Both the position numbers and the translations under genes were made by a program. DNA of 32,000 nt from Candidatus Heimdallarchaeota archaeon B3_Heim (lineage in GTDB: Archaea; Asgardarchaeota; Heimdallarchaeia; Hodarchaeales; Hodarchaeaceae). Every line of letters starts with the position of its first letter. Within the stretch, counting starts at the first letter, position 1. The notes under the pieces were generated by a model, which did no database searches, was not told the origin of the DNA, and saw only the letters and a list, made by a program, of their open reading frames with translations. Shown piece after piece: positions 1 through 8,368 of the stretch. The stretch is taken from the NCBI GenBank assembly GCA_003144275.1, contig NJBF01000012.1, positions 56,098 through 88,097 on the forward strand, written 5' to 3'.

Positions 1-1
1 A

Positions 2-922
2 GAGAATAAATCGTTTGCTGAAATCCTTGATGTTTCAACCCGAACGATAATACGTAGATTAAAAGTTCTTAATCTACTCCAAATTGTACGTCCTGTTCAA
101 TTTATTGACATGGGGAAATTAGGATATGAATCATTACTTTACGTTCATCAAAATCCGTTTCCAAAAGAATTTCAGAAAAATTTGCTATTTTCGTGCAATT
201 TAACGGTAGGAAACTTCAGCATTGTGCAACTACCATCATCTCAGCTTGCAGCTCAGACTAAACTTCAAGATAAACTTGATTTGATCATGGCTCAACCGAT
301 GGTAAAGCGTACAACCTCCTGGAATCTCAATAGTCTCTCCAGTGGAGAAGCGACGTGGAAGAATCCACCTACGTTCTTCTTTTCAAAACCCGAAACAAGT
401 GTAACTACTCCAACTGCTGATGTTAATCTAAATCTAAGACCAACCTTCGACTCCTTCAGAAAATTAACGCGAGCAGATTTCAATCTATTAGATTTCATCG
501 CAAGAGAAGGCGGATTTAAAAATCTCAATGATTTAAGTAAAGCAATTAAAGTAAATAGGATGGAAGTCTCTAACCGATTAAAAGAGTACACCGATGAAGA
601 TCTAATTTTCAAAGCTCATCAATTTTTCAACATCGGATTGGATCTGTCGATTTTCTTCTTTATTTCAGATGTTGAAGATAAAATTCCGTGGATTTCACAC
701 CTTCTTACTTTTCCCAAAGTCGATGTCTTCTATCAGAAAGAAGAGAACCCTCATTATTATTTCGGTTATCTTAAACTTCCCAATACGTGGATCAAACCAT
801 TTGCACGTAAGATAGATCTTATTCGCAATGAGTACGATGTTAAAGTCTATTATAAAATTGCGAGTGCCATTGATCACTTCAAATGGGGAATTTCATTGGC
901 AGATACCTACTCATATCGTTAA
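2..922 (+). CDS. Tandem Lrp/AsnC-type winged-HTH transcriptional regulator, 5'-partial (runs off the window start)
   Basis: The frame is open from base 2 (ENKSFAEILDVSTRTIIRRLKVLNLLQIVRPVQFIDMGKLGY), an Lrp-like HTH upstream of the ATG at 110. A second HTH follows (LTRADFNLLDFIAREG..LNDLSKAIKVNRMEVSNRLKEY..F.IGL). TAA at 920-922. Confidence 0.7.
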   Translation, partial: ENKSFAEILDVSTRTIIRRLKVLNLLQIVRPVQFIDMGKLGYESLLYVHQNPFPKEFQKNLLFSCNLTVGNFSIVQLPSSQLAAQTKLQDKLDLIMAQPMVKRTTSWNLNSLSSGEATWKNPPTFFFSKPETSVTTPTADVNLNLRPTFDSFRKLTRADFNLLDFIAREGGFKNLNDLSKAIKVNRMEVSNRLKEYTDEDLIFKAHQFFNIGLDLSIFFFISDVEDKIPWISHLLTFPKVDVFYQKEENPHYYFGYLKLPNTWIKPFARKIDLIRNEYDVKVYYKIASAIDHFKWGISLADTYSYR

Positions 923-1305
923 TTTTTCATAATAAACTTGAAGAGGAGAGTATAGTTCAGTATCAATTTTTATGACCAGATTTCTGCCTAAATTATTGAC
1001 GAGGATGAAATTCGGGAAGGTTCTCGTCTGCCTGGTGGTTACTATGGGATTATTTCATTCAGCATCAGACTCTCTGGGGTGATAAATTTCTTTATCATCG
1101 TGTCGAATTTTCTGGGACAGAATGGTCACTTTCTTTAAGATTTCCTACCATTATAGTAATTTTCTCGAAGAATTACCCTGAATTATTGAAGCGAACAACA
1201 ATTTATAAGGAACATAATTCTCCTACCACTTAGTGTCCTGCCTACTAATAAATAAAGATTTTTTGTTGGTAAAAGCTTAATTCCAATAATTTGAAGGATG
1301 TAAAT

Positions 1306-1923
1306 ATGCAAGAAAATACAACTAATTTACGCATTTACGGCCCACAGATGCCTGAGGCTATTGAACGATTGCATAATCTAGAAGAGAAAGTAGTTGCTGA
1401 ATTACCCATCGAGCGTGGTGAGATCAATATTGGTAAGTATGATTATATTTACCACTGGGAAAAAGCACCCACTCCTGAGCCTTTATTAACTCTTATTGAA
1501 TATATTGATGATATATTTACTGGTTTACCCGCTCGCTATTCCATTACTACAGAGGGATATCATTCTCGCCGATTAACAGCAGAACTTGACCGTCGGGGTT
1601 CACATACAACTTTCAGCTTTGTCCGGATTCACGGACCGAGCATATCGAAAGCTCTTCGGGCTATTGAAAAAGTTGTAGAAGATGTCGAGACTACAAGTAC
1701 AATACAATCACTAAAATCGTCTGTTCTTGTAGGTGAGCAGGATTATGCCTTTGAATGGGATCATTATCCTACAGTGGATGAGATTCATAGTTTACTTGCC
1801 TCAATCGATAAGCTAGTTGAACCTACAGGCGCTTTGTACAAAACGTCTACCTTAAAAAACGTCTATCGGACTGAAAAAGTGATTGACGATCATACTTCTG
1901 ATAATTTAATGGCATTCTTATGA
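1306..1923 (+). CDS. Hypothetical protein made of two tandem copies of a ~75-aa domain
   Basis: Clean ORF with ATG at 1306 (TTG at 1291 is an alternative). Internal repeat RIxGP...GxxDY..xW...PT......ID......AxY...T occurs at about 1327-1551 and 1621-1851. Confidence 0.8.
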   Translation: MQENTTNLRIYGPQMPEAIERLHNLEEKVVAELPIERGEINIGKYDYIYHWEKAPTPEPLLTLIEYIDDIFTGLPARYSITTEGYHSRRLTAELDRRGSHTTFSFVRIHGPSISKALRAIEKVVEDVETTSTIQSLKSSVLVGEQDYAFEWDHYPTVDEIHSLLASIDKLVEPTGALYKTSTLKNVYRTEKVIDDHTSDNLMAFL

Positions 1924-1993
1924 GCTAATTTCAATTGGTTTTCAGTAGATGGGAATAAAAAGAGTGTCGCTCTTATCTTGAGCAGATTGAAAA

Positions 1994-2260
1994 ATGAATT
2001 CTGCGGAAAAACGACGACTACGGGCAATACTCATTCTAAGTCTATTTGTAATCTTAGCCTGGGCACCGTGGATTACAGAAGATAGGGCAAATGAATTAGT
2101 TACTAGTCACCTAGGAGGGGAGACTCCTTATAATTACCTTGGGGAGACTGTTTTAGTCAAGAATATTCCACGGTCTTTTGTAAAACTTCCATTTATTGCG
2201 TTAGTTTACTTCCCTGGAGAAGCAGTTTATATTGTCACGTTTTTTGGCTGGGTAATTTAA
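1994..2260 (+). CDS. Small membrane-anchored hypothetical protein (88 aa)
   Basis: Basic N-terminus (KRRLR), then a hydrophobic helix (AILILSLFVILAWAPWI) and a hydrophobic C-terminus. Co-directional with the upstream gene. Confidence 0.6.
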   Translation: MNSAEKRRLRAILILSLFVILAWAPWITEDRANELVTSHLGGETPYNYLGETVLVKNIPRSFVKLPFIALVYFPGEAVYIVTFFGWVI

Positions 2261-2285
2261 TAAAAAACCCCAGAAAGACTCGAAT

Positions 2286-2858
2286 TTAAAGAGGAGAAAT
2301 GATCTTTCGTGTTTTTCTAAAGAGATTTATGACATCAATTCCTTCTCTTTCTAGCAACACTTTTTTCATGTGTGGATCATCGCCATACTTTCCTAAGGAG
2401 TTTGCACGAGTAATACGATGGCAGGGGATCAGAATAGGGAAACGAGTTTTGGCCATACATGTACCAGCGAATCGAGCTGCTCCTTCAAAACCAGATTTTG
2501 CAGCTAATTCTCCATAGGAAAGTGTTGTGCCAAAAGGTACGCTAGTACATGTTTTTAGAACTTGGACCTGTTTTTTGGAATACCCTCTATAATCAAGAGG
2601 TAGTTGATTTTGGACTAGATAGTCCTTTCCTATCCATCTTTGGTAAATAATTTCTGCTGTTTCCTCTACTAACCCATTATACGACTCATTGTCATAATTA
2701 GCTACTACTTTGCTCTCTGGAAAATACTTCGCTATTTTCTCTTCTACAGTGACCCTAGTTCGATAAGGTACTGTATTTCCGAACACTCCTCGGGTTGTAA
2801 TACACACTCCGATAAAAAAATTGTCCTTCTGTACAATTTTCCACTCTGTTTTAGACAC
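2286..2858 (-). CDS. ogt: Methylated-DNA--protein-cysteine S-methyltransferase
   Basis: VPFGTTLSYGELA, AARFAG and the active-site motif ILIPCHRI, followed by KKVLLEREG. GTG start. Confidence 0.93.
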   Translation of the reverse strand: MSKTEWKIVQKDNFFIGVCITTRGVFGNTVPYRTRVTVEEKIAKYFPESKVVANYDNESYNGLVEETAEIIYQRWIGKDYLVQNQLPLDYRGYSKKQVQVLKTCTSVPFGTTLSYGELAAKSGFEGAARFAGTCMAKTRFPILIPCHRITRANSLGKYGDDPHMKKVLLEREGIDVINLFRKTRKIISPL

Positions 2859-2968
2859 CGAGAAATCCTCTCATCACTAACCTTTGTTAATTGTTCCTTT
2901 TTCTGGTTACTTATCAAGTATCAGTTAGCTGAAATCCTTGATATATGACCTTTACTAGTGTCCTACCT

Positions 2969-4015
2969 TTAAAAGGGAAACAGGGTGAAAAATAGAAGTA
3001 ATTCAAAGGGTAACATGATTAATGCCAATAATGTCACTATTGTGATAATAGAGCTCATTAAAGCCTCATTTAGCTCGAAAAACGTTGCATAAACAATATT
3101 TGAAACTGCTGGAGGAGCCATACTTTGAATTAATAGGGGTATAGCTATAATTGGTGCAAAATTAAATATTGATACTGCTATAATGGTAAAAATTGGAACT
3201 ATGATGAACCTAATTCCCGAAACTTGAAATTTATGTCTTGTAAAGAGTTTTCGAGGATGTAGATCACTCAAATTTCGAAAAGAAACGCCCACTAACAACA
3301 AAGATCCATATAACGCGATAGTTTTCCATATCTGCAACCCTGGAAAAGCTCTGATTACTTCTGGCCCTACTAGAAGATGAAGGATAAATCCTACAATGAC
3401 TGCTAAGAATGGAGGAAACTTACACATATCGATAAGGAGCTTCATGAACAGTAAGTCTCCTTGTTTATCGTTCTCTTCAACTCCTTGTGATTTATTACGA
3501 AATTTTCTCCCCATATACATCCCAAAAGTATTGCGTATTATCATGGCAAAAAATACAAAAAGTGTAGCATAAACAATTGCATCATTTATGAATACACCTT
3601 TTATTATAGCATCATTTCTTAATTCAACTTCCAATGCAAGTATTATTGGGAATGGATACAACAACGCATTTGGAAAAGTGGCAGTAAATGCAATAGCTCC
3701 GTTATCTGGCGTGGATCCTTCTTTACGAGTGAGAAATATAAAAAAATAATATCCTCCCAAGTGAACTAAGATAGCAATTATCGCAATCTGTAAAATAATT
3801 ATCCCTCCAAATGTTTCGACTTTAGCAAATGACGAAATTATCGAAATTGGGAAGAATATTGAAATAATGACTTTAGTGATGTTATCTGCATGGCTCTTTT
3901 TGTAAAAGGGGGAAAATCTCCATAATATTCCTAGTAAAATAAACAAATATACCCAGAAAAGGTCGCTTAATAAATCTACAAAACCAGTAATCGCGTCCAT
4001 ATCAGTCATCACCAT
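2969..4015 (-). CDS. AEC (auxin efflux carrier / malate permease) family transporter
   Basis: About 10 hydrophobic segments with AEC-type motifs TFPNALLYPFPI, PPFLAVIVG, IRFIIVP and AMPP-like SMAPPAVSNIVYA. Confidence 0.85.
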   Translation of the reverse strand: MVMTDMDAITGFVDLLSDLFWVYLFILLGILWRFSPFYKKSHADNITKVIISIFFPISIISSFAKVETFGGIIILQIAIIAILVHLGGYYFFIFLTRKEGSTPDNGAIAFTATFPNALLYPFPIILALEVELRNDAIIKGVFINDAIVYATLFVFFAMIIRNTFGMYMGRKFRNKSQGVEENDKQGDLLFMKLLIDMCKFPPFLAVIVGFILHLLVGPEVIRAFPGLQIWKTIALYGSLLLVGVSFRNLSDLHPRKLFTRHKFQVSGIRFIIVPIFTIIAVSIFNFAPIIAIPLLIQSMAPPAVSNIVYATFFELNEALMSSIITIVTLLALIMLPFELLLFFTLFPF

Positions 4016-4039
4016 TATTTACAAAAAGAAGATTGAATC

Positions 4040-4747
4040 CTACTTTGGATCATGATATGGACGGAAAATTGTTAAATAATGCCCAAACCGTTGTTTTTTT
4101 GTTTCCATATATTTCACATTGTGCTCTGTGAGAGGTAATTCGAGGGGTACACGTTCTGATATTGGTATATATTGCTCAAGCTGCTTTATTTTGTCAGGAT
4201 TATTTGTAATCAAGCGCACACTATTTACTCCAAGTGTACGAAGCATTTCTCCTGATATTTCATAATCTCGTGGGTCAGGACCGAATCCTAGGACAACATT
4301 CGCATCATAGGTATCATAGCCCTCATCTTGTAGAGCGTAAGCTCGAAGCTTATTTAGTAAGCCAATTCCTCTCCCTTCCTGTTGCATGTATATCACTAAT
4401 CCACTTCCCTCCTTTTCTATCATACTCAAAGCAGTTCCTAGTTGAGGTCCACAATCACAGCGTAACGATGCTAAGGCATCACCAGTAAGGCAGGAGGAAT
4501 GAACTCGTGTTAACACATGCTCTTTGTTAACTACATCTCCCTTCATTATAGCAATATGTTCCTCCTTGTCTTTGTTATTTACAAACCCTATTATTTTAAA
4601 TGTTCCATATTTACTCGGAAAATCAGCGACAGCAACGATGCTAACACATACGTGTTTCTTACAGTTTTCACAATCTTCATGATCTGGGCAATTCTTAAAG
4701 GTTTCAAGGCTTTGAGAGATAATTTTTTCAATAGATAGTTTTTCCAT
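4040..4747 (-). CDS. ribA: GTP cyclohydrolase II
   Basis: RVHSSCLTGDALASLRCDCGPQL (Zn-binding Cys triad), QEGRGIGLLNKLRAYALQD, TNNPDKI, YMETKKQRFGH. Confidence 0.93.
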   Translation of the reverse strand: MEKLSIEKIISQSLETFKNCPDHEDCENCKKHVCVSIVAVADFPSKYGTFKIIGFVNNKDKEEHIAIMKGDVVNKEHVLTRVHSSCLTGDALASLRCDCGPQLGTALSMIEKEGSGLVIYMQQEGRGIGLLNKLRAYALQDEGYDTYDANVVLGFGPDPRDYEISGEMLRTLGVNSVRLITNNPDKIKQLEQYIPISERVPLELPLTEHNVKYMETKKQRFGHYLTIFRPYHDPK

Positions 4748-4903
4748 AGATTTTGAGCACCTTCATGGGTATGATACTGGTTGTCAGAAGGATTTATTTC
4801 CACTTTTTGAAAATTTACTTTCTTTTATTACTAGATACTTACTTTAAAAGGGCTAATACCATACATAAATAGAGTCATCCTTTCTTCTCTTGAGGTAGAT
4901 CAA

Positions 4904-6637
4904 TTGGAACTTGATGAATTAGTACTAAAACATTGTCTCATTAATGCTATTAAATATAAAGGTAAAGCTGATTCAAAATCGACATTAGGTGCAATAATTC
5001 AATCAGATCCCAAAGCTATCAAACCCTTAATCGCTGAAATACGCCCTATGATTGATATCACAATTAAACAGGTTAATGCGATGAACTTGGATCAACAAAA
5101 AGAGTCTTTACTTGAAATCGATCCACAGAGCTTACCATCCCAAGAGAAAAAGAAAAAGGAAGTCAAGATTGAACTTCCTAATCTTGATAGATTTAAAAAT
5201 GTTGCATTAAGACTTGCTCCTTATCCGTCAGGGCCACTGCACATTGGTAACAGCCGTATGGTTGTATTAAATGATTATCTCGCGAAAAAGTACAATGGTA
5301 ACCTGTACTTAGTGTTCGATGATACTATTGGGTCAAAAACAAAAATCATTGATCCTAGTGCCTATGATTCAATACCTGAAGGATTAACCCTTTTAGATGT
5401 CAAAGTACACAAAACTTATTATAAATCCGATCGGCTTCAGCTCTTCTATGATTATTGTGTGAAAATTCTAGAAAAAGGACGGGCATATGTATGTGATTGC
5501 GATGGTTCGCTCTGGCGTACAAAATACAAGGTCAAACAAATAGAATGTCCGTGTCGTATTCTGAGTAAGGAAGATAATTTAGCTCGCTGGGAAAAGATGC
5601 TTGATGGAACCTACCCTGAGCAAGGTGCTGTTGTCAGGTTAAAAACAGGAATGGATACTCCTGATCCAGCCATCCGTGATCCAGTAATGTTACGTATTTC
5701 AGAACGAGAACACCCACGAGTCGGATCAAAATACCGAGTCTGGCCTCTTCTTGAGTTTTCATGGGGAATAGATGATCACGAGCTCAGAATATCACATATT
5801 ATAAGAGGAAAAGACTTACGGAAGGAAGGAGTCCTTGAAGAAAAGATCTGGGATATATTTAATTGGAAAAAACCTTCCATCAATCTTTATGGAAGGATGA
5901 AACTCAAGGATTTGCAACTTAGCAAAAGTAAAGCTGCTCAAAAAATACGGTCTGGTGAATATGAAGGTTGGACTGATCCCCGTACATGGACACTTCAATC
6001 ACTCGAACGACGAGGCATTCAAGCTGAAGCTATCAAAAAATCTCTACTCGCAATTGGAATGAATCCTGTAGATGTCACTTTTTCACCTGATCAAATTTAT
6101 TCTGTGAATAGAAAGCTAATCGATTCCCAAGCGGATAGATATTTTCTTACTATCAACCCAGTGGTTTGTACGATAAAGAATACACCGACCGATGTACCCT
6201 CTGCTACCCCTTGTATCCATCCTGAATTTCCTGAAAGAGGAACCCGATTGATAGATATAAGCGTAAAACATAATGAAATTCAGGTGAACCTTCCCTATGA
6301 TGATATAAAGTCTGTTAAAAAAGGTACACTTTTCAGATTGAAAGATTTAATGAATGTGACGGTCACATCTAAGACAAAGAAGGAAATTACGGCTGTATAT
6401 CATAGTTTGGATGTTAAGACGGCTCGTGATGGAAAAGCATCAATGATTCAATGGACACCTATTCAAACAGGTGTACCCACTGCAATATTAACAACAAACG
6501 GTACATATCTTAACGGAATAGCTGAACCAGATCTTCTAAAAGCTCAACCTGGATCTATTATCCAATTTGAAAGATTTGCGTTCTGTCGAGTTGAAGCTGT
6601 CAATACTTCTGCAAAATTGATCTGGACACATCAGTGA
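4904..6637 (+). CDS. gltX: Glutamyl-tRNA synthetase, archaeal type
   Basis: HIGH-like RLAPYPSGPLHIGN, CDC...CPCR Zn site, SHIIRGKDL, KMSKS-like LSKSK, GWTDPRTWTL and C-terminal IIQFERFAFCRVE. TTG start preceded by GAGGT. Confidence 0.97.
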   Translation: MELDELVLKHCLINAIKYKGKADSKSTLGAIIQSDPKAIKPLIAEIRPMIDITIKQVNAMNLDQQKESLLEIDPQSLPSQEKKKKEVKIELPNLDRFKNVALRLAPYPSGPLHIGNSRMVVLNDYLAKKYNGNLYLVFDDTIGSKTKIIDPSAYDSIPEGLTLLDVKVHKTYYKSDRLQLFYDYCVKILEKGRAYVCDCDGSLWRTKYKVKQIECPCRILSKEDNLARWEKMLDGTYPEQGAVVRLKTGMDTPDPAIRDPVMLRISEREHPRVGSKYRVWPLLEFSWGIDDHELRISHIIRGKDLRKEGVLEEKIWDIFNWKKPSINLYGRMKLKDLQLSKSKAAQKIRSGEYEGWTDPRTWTLQSLERRGIQAEAIKKSLLAIGMNPVDVTFSPDQIYSVNRKLIDSQADRYFLTINPVVCTIKNTPTDVPSATPCIHPEFPERGTRLIDISVKHNEIQVNLPYDDIKSVKKGTLFRLKDLMNVTVTSKTKKEITAVYHSLDVKTARDGKASMIQWTPIQTGVPTAILTTNGTYLNGIAEPDLLKAQPGSIIQFERFAFCRVEAVNTSAKLIWTHQ

Positions 6638-6654
6638 ATGAGGGCTTTATAATC

Positions 6655-7083
6655 ATGCCTGTTCAAAAAGGAGATAGAATTCGTATCGAATATGAAGCAT
6701 ATCTCGATGATGGACAAGTGTTTGATAGTACAGAGAACCACGGATTTCCTATGAAGCTAACAGTAGGGGAGGGGAAATTTTTAGATGCATTTGAAGATGC
6801 ACTTTATGGTATGGAAGTAGGGGAGGTAAAAATGATTAGATTATCTCCTCAAGATGCCTATGGAGAATATGGATTTGAGAAAATTGAGCTAATACCAAGA
6901 GAGAAATTACCAACAAAAAATGAATTAGAAATAGGATCTCTTTTGATTTTGACAGATCCAACTGGAAATGAAATACCTACAAAAATTCTTGATTTTACCG
7001 ATACTGAAGTGACATTAGATTTTAATCATCCCTTAGCTGGAATTACATTAAACTATCGAGTAACCGTTATAGAAATACTGTAA
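6655..7083 (+). CDS. slyD: FKBP-type peptidyl-prolyl cis-trans isomerase (SlyD-like, no His-rich tail)
   Basis: IEYEAYLDDGQVFDST, AFEDALYGMEVGE, PQDAYGE, LDFNHPLAGITLNYRV. ATG at 6655 preferred over GTG at 6634. Confidence 0.92.
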   Translation: MPVQKGDRIRIEYEAYLDDGQVFDSTENHGFPMKLTVGEGKFLDAFEDALYGMEVGEVKMIRLSPQDAYGEYGFEKIELIPREKLPTKNELEIGSLLILTDPTGNEIPTKILDFTDTEVTLDFNHPLAGITLNYRVTVIEIL

Positions 7084-7131
7084 GTTAAATTTGTGTAGGA
7101 ATCATCAATCAAGTAAGAGAGGAACTGAATA

Positions 7132-7512
7132 TTGTTATTTGTAAGAATTGGTCGAATATTGCTTGGTATTGGTAGTGTAGTGATGGTTGTCTTTGCGGGC
7201 CTTTTTTTCATTGTCAATCTTCTAACTGAAACGAATTTCATCAGTGGAATTGATTTAGATACGTTTAATATAACTCTCACTGCGAGTACACTAGGTACCA
7301 AAGGATGGATCTTATCTAGCCTAATCACATTTATTTCTGGATTAATAGGGGTTAAGGGGTATACTGATTTGGCTGAAGAACCTCAAAAGAAAGATCTGTT
7401 ATTCACTTGGGGAGTTTTCGGAATCGTATTAGGAATAGTTGGGGGAACAATCGGAGGTGGAATTATTCTGATTGCTGGTATCTTTCTAATGATAAGTTAT
7501 TTCAAAGAATAA
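7132..7512 (+). CDS. Hypothetical membrane protein (3-4 TM)
   Basis: Gly-rich hydrophobic helices. GAGAGGA upstream of the TTG start. Converges on the GTPase gene with a 1-bp gap. Confidence 0.7.
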   Translation: MLFVRIGRILLGIGSVVMVVFAGLFFIVNLLTETNFISGIDLDTFNITLTASTLGTKGWILSSLITFISGLIGVKGYTDLAEEPQKKDLLFTWGVFGIVLGIVGGTIGGGIILIAGIFLMISYFKE

Positions 7513-7513
7513 A

Positions 7514-8260
7514 TTAGTTACTATGAGATTTCTCATATAAATGGGAGACTAAAGTCCTAATAGAATCATCAACTCCTTCTCCCGTAACCATAGAAGTTTC
7601 ATGAAGATCCGCACGTGCACTAATCATGTGTTTAATGCTATCAAGACCTATATAACAACCATGTTCTAGCAAATCCGCTTTATTCAACAGGATGATGATA
7701 GGAATAGTATTCTCTTCATTTTTCTGAGATTCTTCATCTCGAATTAGCTCTAAAAAGTAGTTCACTTTTCCGACACTACCCATATTCGTCCCATCAACAA
7801 TGATGATCACTGCATCACTCCCTCGCATGGTAATATCAGGCATAAAGTCAAATCGTTCCTGTCCTGCGTTATCAAAGAAATTTAACTTGTATATTTCTTC
7901 AATATCGTCTCTTTGCATAAGATTTTCTACTTCGTTTGGTCCATGAAATTCGATAGAATTAAACAAAGTACGGACAAGCAAGATTCCCGCTGTATTTAGT
8001 GAAAGGGTTGTCGTTGACTCGTGATCCTGAGATTTGGCAGAACCGACACGAAACCAGGTATGAGTTGAATCCACTTTATTTTCTGTATTAGAGCGTCTCA
8101 CAACATCGGATTGAGGTTTAAAAAGATCCCCAAGAATCCGTTTCATAAAAGCTGTTTTTCCTGATCCTGTAGATCCGACTATATTAATTTTAAATACGCC
8201 TTTGAAGCCTTCAGGCATGCCATGCTGTAACATGCGACTTACTCTTCCCGCTCTAAACAT
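7514..8260 (-). CDS. Ras-superfamily (Rab-like) small GTPase with two insertions
   Basis: G1 GSTGSGKT, candidate G2 STTTLSLN, G3 FFDNAGQERF, G4 NKAD, G5 ETSMVTGEGV. The start may be a downstream ATG (8233 or 8218). Confidence 0.88.
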   Translation of the reverse strand: MFRAGRVSRMLQHGMPEGFKGVFKINIVGSTGSGKTAFMKRILGDLFKPQSDVVRRSNTENKVDSTHTWFRVGSAKSQDHESTTTLSLNTAGILLVRTLFNSIEFHGPNEVENLMQRDDIEEIYKLNFFDNAGQERFDFMPDITMRGSDAVIIIVDGTNMGSVGKVNYFLELIRDEESQKNEENTIPIIILLNKADLLEHGCYIGLDSIKHMISARADLHETSMVTGEGVDDSIRTLVSHLYEKSHSN

Positions 8261-8368
8261 TTTCTACATCTAGTCCCGTTTAAGTATCATATTCCCGAGG
8301 TCACATGATTTCTGGAAATTAATTACTATAAAACTAACTAGTCAAACTCTCCGCTGAATTCTAGTATC

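Noticed and set aside
1231-2968. Repeated 13-mer TAGTGTCCT(G/A)CCT at about 1231 and 2956
   Set aside because: Only two imperfect copies, in different contexts (upstream of one gene, at the 3' end of another). Compatible with chance.
4748-4903. FMN riboswitch upstream of ribA
   Set aside because: The region is short and AT-rich with none of the conserved RFN sequence blocks. It looks like a plain divergent promoter shared with gltX.
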